From NCBI GenBank assembly GCA_964489525.1, contig CAZAYY010000015.1:34091-98090 (forward strand): a stretch of DNA of 64,000 bases. Direction: 5' to 3'. This document shows, one piece after another, positions 1-11,047 of this stretch. The first letter of the stretch is position 1. Each line of letters starts with the position of its first letter. Made by a program: the position numbers and the translations under genes. The DNA comes from an uncultured Anaerolineales bacterium (GTDB taxonomy: Bacteria > Chloroflexota > Anaerolineae > Anaerolineales > JABWBV01). Below the pieces are notes generated by a model. The model saw only the letters and a list, made by a program, of their open reading frames with translations, did no database searches and was not told the DNA's origin.

Positions 1-765
1 AAAATATAAGGTAAATACCCAGGCGGAAAGCAGAATGGTTTGGCTGGCAAGCTGGGTGAACCGGCCCCAATTGACATACCAGGCAGGTTGAAAGGACAGC
101 AGTCCCACAGTCACCACGCCAAAGAAAGCCGCTCTCTTGTTGAATAAATAAGAAAGCGCCAGGTATACCCCCACTCCACACAGCCCGTTCAACGCCTGAG
201 CGGTCCACAGCAGGGCGGTGTGGGCAGGGAGATTGGCCAACTGGCCTATCACGCCAGTTAACGCATAAAATCCGAGGTGGTACATATCCAGTGAAGCATT
301 TTCATAAGGAAGCAAAGTAGCTGGAAGCTGGCCGGTTTGCATCACCAACTGGGTAATTAAGGAATGGTGCAGCGAATCAGACCAGGCAGGGTAAGGGAAA
401 CCACGAATCAGCCAGAAACGAGAGAAAACAGCCGCACCTATGGCAGCCAGGGTATATAGGTCCCAGGTGTCAAAATCCAACTGACTTTTCCAATGCTTGC
501 GCAGTCCAAACATAGCCCCCAACAAGAAAACAGCGAGCAGCAGCAAGTTCTTATTAGGCCCCAGGGACAGTCCCGGCACAAGCCAGCGAACCAGGTAAAA
601 AAACACCGGGTAAAAAGCAGCACTCAGGGAAAAAGCCAATGCCCAACGCTGTAGAGGCTGCCAGAATTTCCATTCAGAGGTCAAAGCCAAAAACGCCCAC
701 CCAGGCGCCAGAAACACCAGGATAATTACCAGGCTGCCCAACAGGGCTTCAATGGGAATGTCCAT
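1..765 (-). CDS. Polytopic membrane protein, N-terminal part only (gene runs off the window start); putative GT-C-type glycosyltransferase
   Basis: Absent from the ORF track because its stop lies outside the window. Manual minus-strand translation from ATG 765..763 gives an uninterrupted 255-codon frame ([61 protein letters not shown]...[15 protein letters not shown]...[20 protein letters not shown]). It has repeated ~20-residue hydrophobic stretches. The start overlaps the upstream GT2 stop by 17 nt. The GT-C function is inferred only from topology and the GT2 neighbour. Confidence 0.6.
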   Translation of the reverse strand, partial: MDIPIEALLGSLVIILVFLAPGWAFLALTSEWKFWQPLQRWALAFSLSAAFYPVFFYLVRWLVPGLSLGPNKNLLLLAVFLLGAMFGLRKHWKSQLDFDTWDLYTLAAIGAAVFSRFWLIRGFPYPAWSDSLHHSLITQLVMQTGQLPATLLPYENASLDMYHLGFYALTGVIGQLANLPAHTALLWTAQALNGLCGVGVYLALSYLFNKRAAFFGVVTVGLLSFQPAWYVNWGRFTQLASQTILLSAWVFTLYF

Positions 766-1711
766 CTGGGCGAGCTTCTTTGCTCTCCACCTTGCGCAGG
801 CGGTACAAAATTTCTTCGAGAATTTTGCGGTTGAAACCGATTAAATCCGCCAGCAGGCCAATCATCAAAATCTGAAAGCCAACAATCAAAAGCACTGCGG
901 TGAGGATTAGCGATTGAATTTTGCCATCCCCCTGGCCGATGGCGAAGTAGTACAGGAAGCGAATCCCAGGGATCATACCCGCCAAAACAAACAGGCTGCC
1001 GATGAGCGTAAACACCCGCAGCGGGCGGTACATGGTGTAGGCCCGGATGATGGTGGCGCTGGAGTGGGCCAAATAGTCGGGGATGCCGCGCATCAAGCGC
1101 GAAGGGCGAGTTTGCGGGTTGGTGCGAATGGGAACAAAAGTTACGGCCATGCGGCGGGCGCCAGCCTGGATGAGGGTTTCGAGCGTGTAGGAATACTGGC
1201 TGAGAACCAGGGTGCGCTGGGCAGCCTCACGCGAAAGCGCTCGAAAGCCGCTGGTTGCGTCGGGAACTTCAAAACCTGACGCCCGAGCAATCACCCAACT
1301 GCCAAACCGCTGGAGAATCTGTTTTAATTTGGAAAACTCCGGGTGGGTTCCTACACCACGGTCACCAACAACCATATCTGCCGTTCCCGCCAGGATGGGT
1401 GCAACCAACTTTTCAATATCCCCGGCGAAATATTGGTTATCGGCATCGGTGTTAACAATAATATCAGCGCCTCGATGGACACAGGCTTCCAGTCCGGCAA
1501 TAAACGCCCCCGCCAGCCCCTTCACCGGCAGATGGACGACATGGTGCACCCCGGATTCCCGGGCTACTTTAACCGTGTCGTCGGTGGAGCCGTTGTCAAT
1601 CACCAGGTATTCAATACAATCCACACCCGGAAGAGAACGTGGCAGGGCCACGATGGTTTGGGAAAGGGTTCCGGCTTCGTTATAACAAGGAATCTGGATA
1701 ATCAGTTTCAT
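749..1711 (-). CDS. GT2-family glycosyltransferase, polyprenyl-phosphate sugar synthase type (Dpm1/ArnC-like) with C-terminal TM helices
   Basis: The N-terminus [15 protein letters not shown]...[11 protein letters not shown]...[10 protein letters not shown] is a classic GT-A/GT2 signature with a DAD motif. The C-terminus has two hydrophobic helices ([38 protein letters not shown]). I prefer ATG at 1711 (MKLIIQIP). The track ORF starts at a TTG at 1747 that overlaps the upstream stop. Confidence 0.85.
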   Translation of the reverse strand: MKLIIQIPCYNEAGTLSQTIVALPRSLPGVDCIEYLVIDNGSTDDTVKVARESGVHHVVHLPVKGLAGAFIAGLEACVHRGADIIVNTDADNQYFAGDIEKLVAPILAGTADMVVGDRGVGTHPEFSKLKQILQRFGSWVIARASGFEVPDATSGFRALSREAAQRTLVLSQYSYTLETLIQAGARRMAVTFVPIRTNPQTRPSRLMRGIPDYLAHSSATIIRAYTMYRPLRVFTLIGSLFVLAGMIPGIRFLYYFAIGQGDGKIQSLILTAVLLIVGFQILMIGLLADLIGFNRKILEEILYRLRKVESKEARPDGHSH

Positions 1712-1743
1712 GATGGTTTCCGGCAAAAATAATACCACGCTCG

Positions 1744-4700
1744 TCAACGGGCGAGTATTGGTAAAAACAAACCAGGGTAGGCGAGCGCAAAACGATAGGC
1801 AACCGCATTTCCTGCCACAGATGGGTCAATGTGCTGAATGCGCACAAAAATCACCTGAGGCTCCGAGATGGTGTAGCGAATGACGGTCCCCTTACCAAAC
1901 AAGGCTTGAACGGGCTGCGCGGTCGGGTTGCTGGGGCCAGCCTCTTGCAGGAACAACAGCGATGCCGGGTTGGTGGCCGTAATCGGTTGGGCCTGGTAAA
2001 CCGAAATGGTTACCGCTGTGGTGGCGTCTAAGGGCGTGGCCACAAAATAGACCGTGCCCGTAACCGGCAGGGTGAATGTAACCCAATCCTGGTCGCCGGG
2101 TAAGCACAGGTTGCGCACCTGGCCATTTTCAAGCAGGGTGCCCTGTTCAAAGGTATCGTCTGGCTCGAAGGCATCGGGAACCGTGCAAGTTTGGATTGCA
2201 GTGGTTGTGGTGTTTGCTGGCGTGGCGCTTTCAAGGTTACCCGCCTGGTCGTACCCTCTCACCCGAAAAGCATAGGTCTTCCCCTGCTCACCCACAAACC
2301 AGGCCGAGCGGGCACTGGAAGGCAGCCCCACCTGGTAATCCGAAAACGCTCCTCCATTCTGACTGACCTGGATGTTAAAACCAGCCAGGCCGTTTGCATC
2401 ATTATCGGAAGTAGACCACTTCAGCTGAAGCGCCGTAGAAGCCAATTGGGCAGGCAAGGCCGTCATCAGCGTGGTAGGTGGGGTTTGGTCCAGGGTCAAG
2501 TTCCAGGCAATCCGGCTGTCCACATTGCCGGCCATGTCTTCCACCTGGTAAAGCAGGGCGATGCCTGTCTGGTTGCCCAGGCTCGCATAGTTCCAGAGCA
2601 CGCTCCAACCATCCGAACCATCGGTGTCTTCCCCAATCAACTGCCAATTGTCGCTTTCCCAATTGGCGGAATGCCACTTAAACACAGCTTTCTTAATTGG
2701 GGTGGCTGTGTCCCAGGCAGAGAGGGAAAGCGTAATTTGCCCCGGCGTGGCATTGGGAATAAACGTGGGAGCAGCCAGGCTGCCATCCAAAGAAACCGTT
2801 TGAACCACTGGTGTCGCCCGGGAGAGCAGAACCGTGTAATTATCCATAAAGCCGCCAGAATCGGGGTGATCGCTGGCTATGATTTTGAAGTAATAAGTGC
2901 CTGTTTTAGGAATGGTGTAAACAATCAACGGGTCCACCAGTGAAAGTGGATTTTCATCTGCACTGTAAGCAACCACGGAAGACCCGTCAATATCATACAG
3001 GAAAGCCACTGCATCCAGAGGGGAACCGATGGTTTGTGCATCGACATTGATTTCAACACGCTGGCCCGCAAGCCCAGAGAACTTGTAATAATCTGCGTCG
3101 CCCTGTCCGCAAATTTTTGCTGTTGTGGTCGTTTCAAAAGCCACCAGCTGCGCATCGGCAACCGTGTCACCCTGGTCAACCACTCCGCAAGAGGGCAAAA
3201 CATAGGGAGCAATACTGACATTGTCCACCCACCAGCCAGGGTTGGCGTTGTTGATTCCGTCTATGGTTGTAAAGTAAAAACGCACCTGGATGGTTTTCCC
3301 GTTATACACTGCCAGCGAGAATGGTTTGGAAGCCACCCACTGGCCTTCGGTATCGTGGCGCAAACGAAGCACATTCTTGAAAGGCCCGCCATTTTCTGAA
3401 ATCTGAACCCAACGCTGGTCATAATGCTGGTTTTCATAGCCCGTTTCAAAACGGTATTGAAACTGCAAGAAAAGATTCGACTGGGAAAGGGTCACCGGCG
3501 GCAAGGTGAGTGAACCTGCATTGGGTTGATCCAATGTGGCATACGTACCTGATCCCTGGCTCGCATAACGCATGGCATGCGTACCTGCGTAGGGTTGGGT
3601 ATCATCTTTATGCCAAAGGCCAGAGACATTCCAGTTATCCGTCGGGCCTTCAAAGGTTTCCAGATAGGGAACGGCCTGGGCAGACAAAACGCCAGGCACG
3701 CTGTTGGTCAGGGTAAAAGTAAACCCGGGCGTCGCATACGCAGTCTCCCCGGCACTATTTTTTGCCCGCACGGTCCAGGTATAAACTCCTAATGTATTCA
3801 AAGTGTCCAGATGCCAGTAGGGGTCATCGGTTTCTCCTTGAACCAGCGGCACCGCAAGGTTGCCGGGTGCAAACAGCTTCATATCAAACAAAGTTGAATC
3901 ACCATCCTGGTCCCAAACCAGGGTAATAGATTCCTTGGCTGGAATTTCCGCGCCATTGGGGGGCCAGGTTTGGTATGGGGGAAGCGGGGGCAGTGCACTC
4001 AACGCCGCCACTTGGGCAAATTGGGCAACAGCAACACCTGCGCCCAGGCTGAAATAATCATCGGCCAGGTTTGCGTTGTCGGTAGTGAAGGTTTGTGGAC
4101 GGCCATCAAAAGCCAGCGGAATGCCCAGGAAAAGGGTAAGCCGGACATTTGCCCCGACCTTCACGGATTGAACCGGTTTGCCTGCCAGGGCAGTGCGCAG
4201 GTCGTACAAACCAGAGACTGCCTCACGCCCAACCGGGAACAAGCCAGAAACATTCAACAACAAGCAATCCGAACCCCCGTAGTTGACCTGGGTGAACAAA
4301 GCCGCCTGGTTGGCAGTGGGCACACAGGCCGGGGGAGGCGGCGGACAGGAAGCCTGTTTGATAAACGTAGTAAAACCCGTCAGGGGGGTTTTATTGCCCG
4401 CCGCATCTTCCACCACAACCCCAATCGTCACCGGACCATCCGGCACATTTTGGACACACATATCCCAGGCATATTCGGAGAGATTTCCGGGTACGGGAGG
4501 GCTGATCGCCTGCCAGGTGTTGTTCAGTCGTGCGTAAAAAGTGCTGCCCCCAATCGGGCTTTCCGTATCCGCCGCCCAACCCTGGAGCGTTGCTGTGGTT
4601 TGGGAAACCCTGGCCCCCATGGCGGGAGCCGTAATCCCCCCGGTGGGCGGCGTGGTTTCGGTGTAGTTGCCCGAAATGTAGCTGGACTGAACCGTCTCAC

Positions 4701-5781
4701 AACGGTCTGTAGGACCGCAGCAGGTTGGGCCCGGAAGGCCTACCTTGTCCTGGGTATCCCCGGTCAGGTCATAAGGGGCTCGGGGTCGCCCCCCATTGCT
4801 GTCGCCATTGATAAACACATCTTTGAAGGTGATATCTACCGACTTGCCCCAATACCCCAAAAAATCGTTCGGATCGCCATAAGTGGCTACCTGCACTTGA
4901 AAATGGAGGTGGTGGCCGTAGCTCTGCCCGGTGTTATCCACCCGGCCTAAAAATTGGCCGCGCGCCACAGGTTTGCCTTTTACCTTGAGTTCGGCAGGGA
5001 TACTGCCCTGCTCCAGGTGCAGGTAGAGCATGTAGGTAGTTGGGGTTGTGGTGCTGTCTTTGATAACGATGTAATTGCCTAGAATTTGGGTAGATGCGCA
5101 AGAGTAATCGTAGCAGGTCGGCACATCATCCTTCCACAACTGAACGGTGCCGCCTTTCGCAGCCATAATCGGAAAAAAGCGCGAGGGGTCGTTAAAGGAG
5201 CCAGCCGGAACCGCAAAATCGAAAGAAAAGTGACCATCTCCACTGGTCAGGTAGGTATCGTGGCAAACGCTGTTGGTCAGGTTGACCGATTTTCCCCCCG
5301 CCCAGGGCAGGTAATAGCCATGCAGTGGTCCGGCGGGTATGACCACCTCTGCCTGGCGGGCATATTCCAGGTAAATGCCCTTCTCACCCCCGGGGAAAAT
5401 CTCAGCTGGTGCTTCGCGCACCAGGTCGGGCCAATGGTCATCCCCTGGCAGCCAGACCACCCAACCCTCTTCGGTTAACCGGGCAACAGCCAGGGCGGGT
5501 TCTGAGGGTACAGGCTCGCCCGTTTCAGGGTCAAACAAGGCAACCAACCCTGCCCCCCAGGTTTGCTGGTCATTAACTACCACGAATTCAACTCTTTCTT
5601 CATACATCATCAAACCATCATAGGCGCGTTCTTTAACTTGGACTGCTGCTTCAATGGCAGCGGTGACCGTATTCACCACACCCTGGTAGGTTTGAGCAGC
5701 GGCAAACTTTGCCACACCCCAACCCAACCCGAGAGACCCTAAAATCGCAAAGAATAAAATTCGCTTGATATTCTTGTTCAC
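1744..5781 (-). CDS. Large secreted multidomain M23 (LytM-type) metallopeptidase with PPC-type and Ig/FN3-like modules
   Basis: 1345 aa with a GTG start and GGAGA 7 nt upstream. Signal peptide [31 protein letters not shown]23 motifs HFSFD (HxxxD) and GHHLHFQV (HxH). Two bacterial pre-peptidase C-terminal (PPC)-like segments ([22 protein letters not shown]; [19 protein letters not shown]). Pro-rich linker PPPPPACVP. Confidence 0.85.
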   Translation of the reverse strand: MNKNIKRILFFAILGSLGLGWGVAKFAAAQTYQGVVNTVTAAIEAAVQVKERAYDGLMMYEERVEFVVVNDQQTWGAGLVALFDPETGEPVPSEPALAVARLTEEGWVVWLPGDDHWPDLVREAPAEIFPGGEKGIYLEYARQAEVVIPAGPLHGYYLPWAGGKSVNLTNSVCHDTYLTSGDGHFSFDFAVPAGSFNDPSRFFPIMAAKGGTVQLWKDDVPTCYDYSCASTQILGNYIVIKDSTTTPTTYMLYLHLEQGSIPAELKVKGKPVARGQFLGRVDNTGQSYGHHLHFQVQVATYGDPNDFLGYWGKSVDITFKDVFINGDSNGGRPRAPYDLTGDTQDKVGLPGPTCCGPTDRCETVQSSYISGNYTETTPPTGGITAPAMGARVSQTTATLQGWAADTESPIGGSTFYARLNNTWQAISPPVPGNLSEYAWDMCVQNVPDGPVTIGVVVEDAAGNKTPLTGFTTFIKQASCPPPPPACVPTANQAALFTQVNYGGSDCLLLNVSGLFPVGREAVSGLYDLRTALAGKPVQSVKVGANVRLTLFLGIPLAFDGRPQTFTTDNANLADDYFSLGAGVAVAQFAQVAALSALPPLPPYQTWPPNGAEIPAKESITLVWDQDGDSTLFDMKLFAPGNLAVPLVQGETDDPYWHLDTLNTLGVYTWTVRAKNSAGETAYATPGFTFTLTNSVPGVLSAQAVPYLETFEGPTDNWNVSGLWHKDDTQPYAGTHAMRYASQGSGTYATLDQPNAGSLTLPPVTLSQSNLFLQFQYRFETGYENQHYDQRWVQISENGGPFKNVLRLRHDTEGQWVASKPFSLAVYNGKTIQVRFYFTTIDGINNANPGWWVDNVSIAPYVLPSCGVVDQGDTVADAQLVAFETTTTAKICGQGDADYYKFSGLAGQRVEINVDAQTIGSPLDAVAFLYDIDGSSVVAYSADENPLSLVDPLIVYTIPKTGTYYFKIIASDHPDSGGFMDNYTVLLSRATPVVQTVSLDGSLAAPTFIPNATPGQITLSLSAWDTATPIKKAVFKWHSANWESDNWQLIGEDTDGSDGWSVLWNYASLGNQTGIALLYQVEDMAGNVDSRIAWNLTLDQTPPTTLMTALPAQLASTALQLKWSTSDNDANGLAGFNIQVSQNGGAFSDYQVGLPSSARSAWFVGEQGKTYAFRVRGYDQAGNLESATPANTTTTAIQTCTVPDAFEPDDTFEQGTLLENGQVRNLCLPGDQDWVTFTLPVTGTVYFVATPLDATTAVTISVYQAQPITATNPASLLFLQEAGPSNPTAQPVQALFGKGTVIRYTISEPQVIFVRIQHIDPSVAGNAVAYRFALAYPGLFLPILAR

Positions 5782-5782
5782 T

Positions 5783-8239
5783 TTATTTCTCCAACAATCC
5801 GCGCACTTTTCGCTGAAGCTGGTAATTAGCTTGCTGAAGGATCAGCCCACTTGAATTGTAGGTCAGTTTGAGGGGAACCAAACGCACCTCACCGGGAAGA
5901 GCCAGCCCAGACTGAAGGTAGCGCCCACTCACCTGGCCATTTTGCAGAATCTGGGCAGTGAGTTGATACCTTGTCGGGGCAGAATCCGCGTTGTGAATTT
6001 CCGCAAGATAGACCCCGGGTTCAATTGGAGCGTACAGCAGGCTGATTACCTGCTCCCATTGTAAATCAAAAAAGGCCGCAGCGGGCAAGGAATTTTCTTG
6101 AGCAGAGCGGACGCGCCCTTGGGCATCCACCAACCTGAGGGTAAGACCGGCTCCTCCCAGGGCAACCTGAAAAACGTCGTTCTGGACCGGAACTACTGGC
6201 AGTTGGCCTGGGTAAACCCCATTCCAACGAGCATGACTCCGCACATGGGCCTCATGTGTGCCATCCCAGTCCACTTCAACCGCCAGGCCGCTGGGGTTGG
6301 CAGGTGTCACACCAGCGGCGCTAACCAACCGGGCCGGGCGGTTTTGGCCGGTGACGGCTACCACAAGAGCGGCATGGTCTGTTTCGCCATCCGGTTCCCA
6401 ATCAAAGAAAACAAAATCTCCGGGCTGGTATGGTTCAGTGTGTGAAAGCAGTTGGCCAGAATAGGCAAAAAAACGCCAAAGATCATGAGGATCTCGAGCG
6501 TTGCGCCAGCGATAAAAATGGGCCGGGTTGGCCCAGGCATCCAATTCTAAGGCACTCTGGATGGGGTACGCCAGCGCAGCAGCAGCATCCAAAACCACAT
6601 CGGTAGAATAGCCTGCAAAAAAACCATTGAAAGGTCCGCCGCAGCCCTCAAACGGCAAAGGACAACCCCGGTTGAAGCTAAATGGCATACCCAGGGTCTG
6701 TCTACCCTGCTCCAGGGAGGCCTGTGGGCTGGCAATAAACTGCACATCCAGTGTGTCACCTGCTGCCATGGCTGACCACTGCGGCGGGTCAAATGTATAT
6801 CCCTTTTTCTGAGGTGCCAGGCGAACCACCTCACCCGCCCGGGTGGGCAGAAAGAAGATGCCGTTCTGGTCAGTCTGGGCTGTTTCCCCGTTGGATAGAG
6901 AAACCTCCACCTGGGCCAGCGGGTAGCCCGAAGGATCCAACACCCGCCCAGACAGAATCCCCCGTCGGAGGGGTGAATCTGGCAGCCTGGCAGCCACCTG
7001 GGTAAAATCTGCCGCTTGGTCAAGGTATACCACCTGAGCACCGTCCGCAGAAACGGCAATCCCCCCGGGGTAGACGCCATCCAAACCCTCCCTACCTCCA
7101 GTAATATGGCTATACGCGATCAAACCAACCTCACCAGACCGGCTTTCTTCTGTGTAAAACAAGAACTGCCCACCTGCGGTCATCGCCATTGAACGGGCCA
7201 ACGGGCCTTCCGGCACACCCACTTGGGAAAACTTGCCCGTTTCTCTCTCAAACATAAATATCCCATTTAACTGGTCCCCCCGCCGGTCCAACGCCAAGGA
7301 GCCAACGACCAGGGCTATCATGCTGCCTTCTGCGGACAGGAGCGGCTGGTCTGCCCAAAGCGCTTCTCCCAGCATTTCTACTGGAATTCGAAAAATCTCC
7401 CCGGTCTGCTGATCGTATACAAATACATCCCGGGCGTTATTTTCATCAACTCCGGCCAGGTTGTTCGCCTCCGATCCATAGGCAACGTAACGCCCATCCC
7501 CCGAAATCGAAACTGCCGGCCCGGAAGGGCCATTGGCCTGTTCACCTTGATTGGTTTGCGATGCCCGGATGACTCTACCTGTAAACTGATCTTTGATAAA
7601 GACATCCCAGGCTGCGTTGGTATCTCCATACACCAGGTTCGATGCCGCCGAGAAGAAAGCAATGTACCGGCCATCTGCAGAAATCGCCGGGCTGGCTGAA
7701 CCACCATTCGCAGGTTCGCCTTCCTGGTTGACAGAAACCAGGCTGGTTTGCCCGGTCAGCCGGTCGTGAACGTAAATGTCTTGTACCGGAAATGGATCCA
7801 GGACCGAAAGATTGGTGGCAAAAGATTCAAAAGCCACCCAACGCCCATCCGCTGAAATCACTGCATTGGCTGAAGGGCCATTGGCTGGTTCCCCCTGTGT
7901 GGAGCGGGAAACCCGCTGCATCTGGTTCATCACCAGGTCAAAAACGAAAACATCCGCTGCGTTATTGGTGTCTTCGGGCACCAGGTTGGCAGCCTGGGAG
8001 GTAAAGGCAACAAACCGCCCATCCGCAGAAACGGTTGGCCCAAACGAATGACCGTTTCCAGGTTCTCCTTCTGGTGAAGTACTCACCCAAACCAGCCTGT
8101 GAGACTGGGAAAATGGCAAAAAACCCAACCCAAACAGGCTGGCAAACACCATCACCTGAAATATGGTTTTATAACGCAAAAAAAAGGCTTGAAACACCGC
8201 AAAATCCAGAGGATTGGCTGTTATTACATATTCAACCAC
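5783..8239 (-). CDS. Exported PD40/TolB-like beta-propeller repeat protein with carboxypeptidase-regulatory-like domain and NlpC/P60- or CHAP-like C-terminal region
   Basis: 818 aa. At least four ~45-aa repeats of the form ISADGRxVAFxSxAxNLVxxDTNxxxDVFVxD (PD40-type). GRVLDPSGYPLAQVEVSLSNGETAQTDQNGIFFL resembles a CarboxypepD_reg fold. GCGGPFNGF ... PGDFVFFDWEPDGETDHAALVV resembles the Cys/His arrangement of NlpC/P60. The stop TAA lies 1 nt before the GTG of the next gene. Confidence 0.8.
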   Translation of the reverse strand: MVEYVITANPLDFAVFQAFFLRYKTIFQVMVFASLFGLGFLPFSQSHRLVWVSTSPEGEPGNGHSFGPTVSADGRFVAFTSQAANLVPEDTNNAADVFVFDLVMNQMQRVSRSTQGEPANGPSANAVISADGRWVAFESFATNLSVLDPFPVQDIYVHDRLTGQTSLVSVNQEGEPANGGSASPAISADGRYIAFFSAASNLVYGDTNAAWDVFIKDQFTGRVIRASQTNQGEQANGPSGPAVSISGDGRYVAYGSEANNLAGVDENNARDVFVYDQQTGEIFRIPVEMLGEALWADQPLLSAEGSMIALVVGSLALDRRGDQLNGIFMFERETGKFSQVGVPEGPLARSMAMTAGGQFLFYTEESRSGEVGLIAYSHITGGREGLDGVYPGGIAVSADGAQVVYLDQAADFTQVAARLPDSPLRRGILSGRVLDPSGYPLAQVEVSLSNGETAQTDQNGIFFLPTRAGEVVRLAPQKKGYTFDPPQWSAMAAGDTLDVQFIASPQASLEQGRQTLGMPFSFNRGCPLPFEGCGGPFNGFFAGYSTDVVLDAAAALAYPIQSALELDAWANPAHFYRWRNARDPHDLWRFFAYSGQLLSHTEPYQPGDFVFFDWEPDGETDHAALVVAVTGQNRPARLVSAAGVTPANPSGLAVEVDWDGTHEAHVRSHARWNGVYPGQLPVVPVQNDVFQVALGGAGLTLRLVDAQGRVRSAQENSLPAAAFFDLQWEQVISLLYAPIEPGVYLAEIHNADSAPTRYQLTAQILQNGQVSGRYLQSGLALPGEVRLVPLKLTYNSSGLILQQANYQLQRKVRGLLEK

Positions 8240-11022
8240 TGGGCCGCCACAGATGGCAAATCTTGCAGCAGGCCGGCCTTAAAGGTGCACTCAGGCAACG
8301 AATCCACAAAAGCTTTACCGTAGGTTTTGGTCAGCACTCGCTTATCAAAAATGACCACAATACCCCGGTCATATTTCGTTCGAATCAGCCGGCCAAACCC
8401 CTGGCGAAACGTAAGAATCGCTTCTGGTAAAGAATATTCATTGAAAGAATCTTCAAAGGTCTCCGAACGTGCAGCCACAATCGGGTCGGATGGAACGGCA
8501 AAAGGCAGTTTGACAATCGCCAACACCGAAAGCGCCTCCCCAGGGATGTCCACCCCCTCCCAAAAAGCCCGCGTTCCCATCAAAACCGCCTGCTCGGTGG
8601 ATTTGAAGTTTTCGAGCAAGGTGTGGGCTGAAGCGCCTGAACCCTGTTCGTAAATCACAATCCCAGCCCGGGACAGGGCCGGGGCAATCGCCCGCGAGGT
8701 TTGCTGCAGCTGCGCATAGGATGTGAACAAAACCAGGGCTCGCCCTCCGGTGGCAATGCAAAGCTGAACCAGGCCGTCTTCAACCGCCCGTTGGTGCCCG
8801 GCCCGGTCAGATGGGTCGGGGATATTTTTGACCATATAGACCAGTGCCTGGTTTTCATAATCAAAAGGCGAACCCAGTGCAACCGTTTCCGCTTCATATG
8901 CAAACAGCCTATTGCGCAAATAATCGAAATCGCCATAAGTTCGAAGGGTCGCTGAGGTCAGCACCACGGAAACCTTTTCATGCCAAAGATGCTTCTGCAC
9001 CAGGGGGCCAATATGCAAGGGGGCAGACTGCAAAGAAATGCGCCGGCCATCCGAATTCACTTCTGCCCAATACACCCGGTCGGGGTCGGGTTTAAACACC
9101 AGGCCATCCAGGTTTTCCAACAGTTCGAGGAGCGAACGGTAAATACTGGTAATGTTGCTATAATCGTCTTCAATGGCTTCATGGCCAGACTCAACCAGTT
9201 CCCCAGCGGCGGTGGCAATTTGTTCGACAGAATCTGCCAACTGCTTGAGTACGCGCGATGCATCGTCCCAGATAACCTCCACCTCCAACCAGGAGGAAAG
9301 GGCGCGTGTGCCATTCACCAGGCGAACCTGCTGAGCATAGGGACCAATCTGGCGGCCCTCGCGGGCCTCGAGCAGAAAGTCATCAATCGCGGTAAAAAAT
9401 GCCCGCGAAAGGTTCTGAAAATGAAAAGCCTGGTCTGTGGTGGATTGGATCATGTGGTTAAAAGCACCATACTTCTCGGGAGAAACAAGCTGGCGCACTG
9501 CGGCCAAAAGACCACCCAAAATTCCCGCTCCTGCGCCGCCCAGGTCGCGCATAATCCGGTCTAATTCAGGCTGGGTAACCTGGAAACTCAGCGCACTGGT
9601 CACTGCGTTTTCCATGTGGTGCCCTTCGTCAATCACCAGGTAGCTGTATTCGGGCAAAACCCGGTTGCCCACGGCCAGGTCAGCCAGCAGCAGGGCATGG
9701 TTCACCACCACCAAATGAGCGCTCTGAGCTGCCATCCGGGCTTTGTAAAAGGGGCAGCGCCCCCCCATACGCTCCTGGCAGGCGTCTGAAGTGCAGCCGT
9801 CATCGGCAGCAGAAATTTTTTCCCAAACCAGGCGCTCAACCGGCTGGTTGAGGTTCAGCTCCAACCGGTCCCCGGTGCCGCCCTGTGAAAGCCAAACCAA
9901 CACCTTGGCCAGGACACGCATTTCCTCGCCCCGATCTGGGCCTGCCCGCCGCAAAATTTCAAGCCGGCGGGGGCAAAGATAATTTGAACGCCCCTTCAAT
10001 ACCGTGGCCCGGATTGGCAGATCGAGCGCTTCACAAATATCCGGAATATCCTTGGACATTAACTGGTCCTGCAGGTTGATGGTGTTGGTCGAAATCACCA
10101 CACGTAAATCGTTTTGATAGGCAAACATGGCGGCAGGCAAAAGATAGGCCACCGATTTACCGGTGCCCGTTCCAGCCTCAATCATCAAGTGTTGGCCTTC
10201 AGAGAGCGCCCAGGCCACACTACGCAGCATGTCCACCTGTTCAGAACGATATTCAAACTGGGGAAACTGGCGAGAAAACGCCCCACCCGGCTCTAACAAA
10301 GCCGAAACCTGGTCCACATTGAGTGGTTTGGGTTCGGGGTTGGGGGGCAATGCAGGGGGAAATCGCAGTGGTTTCTCGCCAAAAAGCGGCCCCAGAGGAT
10401 GGGATTGCGCTTTTCGAGCTGGAAGCCGTTCGCGCATTCGATCGCGCAACGCCATCTCGAACGCCAGGCGGCCACCCCATTCCACCCCCTCACCCAGGCG
10501 CACAATTTCTGCCAGCAAATCCAGCGGAAGGGTGAGCAGCTGCTGGTACAGGCGAGCAAACACCTGGTGGGTCACCAGGGCATCATCAAGGGCGCGGTGT
10601 GTAGCCCGCAGCGGGATTTGAAGCAATTCCGCCAGGGCACCCAGGTTATAGCGCCCGGCGCCAGGCAGTAAAACCGCCGCCATGTCATAAGTGTCCATGG
10701 AGGGCACATTTTGCAAAATCGAACGCTGGTTTAAGAAACCAAGATCAAAACGCACATTGTGGCCAATCACCACTGCATCGCCCACAAAAGACTCAAATTC
10801 AGCCGAAACCTCGGCCAGCCGCGGCGAAAAACGGACATCGTCCGTGCGAATGCCTGTCAGGCGGGTAATTTCAGGAGGAATGCTGCGCCCAGGGTTAATC
10901 AGCGTGTCGAAAGTTGCATCAACCTGGTCGCCGTGAAAACGCACAGCAGCGATTTCAATGATGGCATCCCGCACAGAATCAAGCCCCGTGGTTTCAATGT
11001 CAATGGCAACAATAGACAGCAT
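8224..11022 (-). CDS. dinG: DinG-family ATP-dependent helicase fused to an N-terminal DEDDh 3'-5' exonuclease domain
   Basis: 932 aa with an ATG start. Exonuclease motifs AIDIETTGL, VIGHNVRFDLGFL and HRALDDALVTH. Helicase Walker A AGTGTGKS and DEGHHM box. Four Cys in the XPD/DinG Fe-S position (YLCPRR, GCTSDAC, RCPFY). Confidence 0.85.
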   Translation of the reverse strand: MLSIVAIDIETTGLDSVRDAIIEIAAVRFHGDQVDATFDTLINPGRSIPPEITRLTGIRTDDVRFSPRLAEVSAEFESFVGDAVVIGHNVRFDLGFLNQRSILQNVPSMDTYDMAAVLLPGAGRYNLGALAELLQIPLRATHRALDDALVTHQVFARLYQQLLTLPLDLLAEIVRLGEGVEWGGRLAFEMALRDRMRERLPARKAQSHPLGPLFGEKPLRFPPALPPNPEPKPLNVDQVSALLEPGGAFSRQFPQFEYRSEQVDMLRSVAWALSEGQHLMIEAGTGTGKSVAYLLPAAMFAYQNDLRVVISTNTINLQDQLMSKDIPDICEALDLPIRATVLKGRSNYLCPRRLEILRRAGPDRGEEMRVLAKVLVWLSQGGTGDRLELNLNQPVERLVWEKISAADDGCTSDACQERMGGRCPFYKARMAAQSAHLVVVNHALLLADLAVGNRVLPEYSYLVIDEGHHMENAVTSALSFQVTQPELDRIMRDLGGAGAGILGGLLAAVRQLVSPEKYGAFNHMIQSTTDQAFHFQNLSRAFFTAIDDFLLEAREGRQIGPYAQQVRLVNGTRALSSWLEVEVIWDDASRVLKQLADSVEQIATAAGELVESGHEAIEDDYSNITSIYRSLLELLENLDGLVFKPDPDRVYWAEVNSDGRRISLQSAPLHIGPLVQKHLWHEKVSVVLTSATLRTYGDFDYLRNRLFAYEAETVALGSPFDYENQALVYMVKNIPDPSDRAGHQRAVEDGLVQLCIATGGRALVLFTSYAQLQQTSRAIAPALSRAGIVIYEQGSGASAHTLLENFKSTEQAVLMGTRAFWEGVDIPGEALSVLAIVKLPFAVPSDPIVAARSETFEDSFNEYSLPEAILTFRQGFGRLIRTKYDRGIVVIFDKRVLTKTYGKAFVDSLPECTFKAGLLQDLPSVAAQWLNM

Positions 11023-11047
11023 GAAAAAATTATACCAGGATACCCGT

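Noticed and set aside
2191-4950. Several 100-330-aa plus-strand ORFs (2191-2943, 3970-4950 and others) inside the M23 peptidase gene
   Set aside because: They are antisense to a 1345-aa ORF with a signal peptide and catalytic motifs. Their translations are Arg/Gly/Pro-rich with no domain signatures.
11023-11047. TATAAT box 6 nt upstream of the dinG ATG (possible leaderless dinG transcript)
   Set aside because: No acceptable -35 element occurs at 16-18 nt spacing, and the gene is only 25 nt downstream of the preceding same-strand gene. Co-transcription is the simpler explanation.
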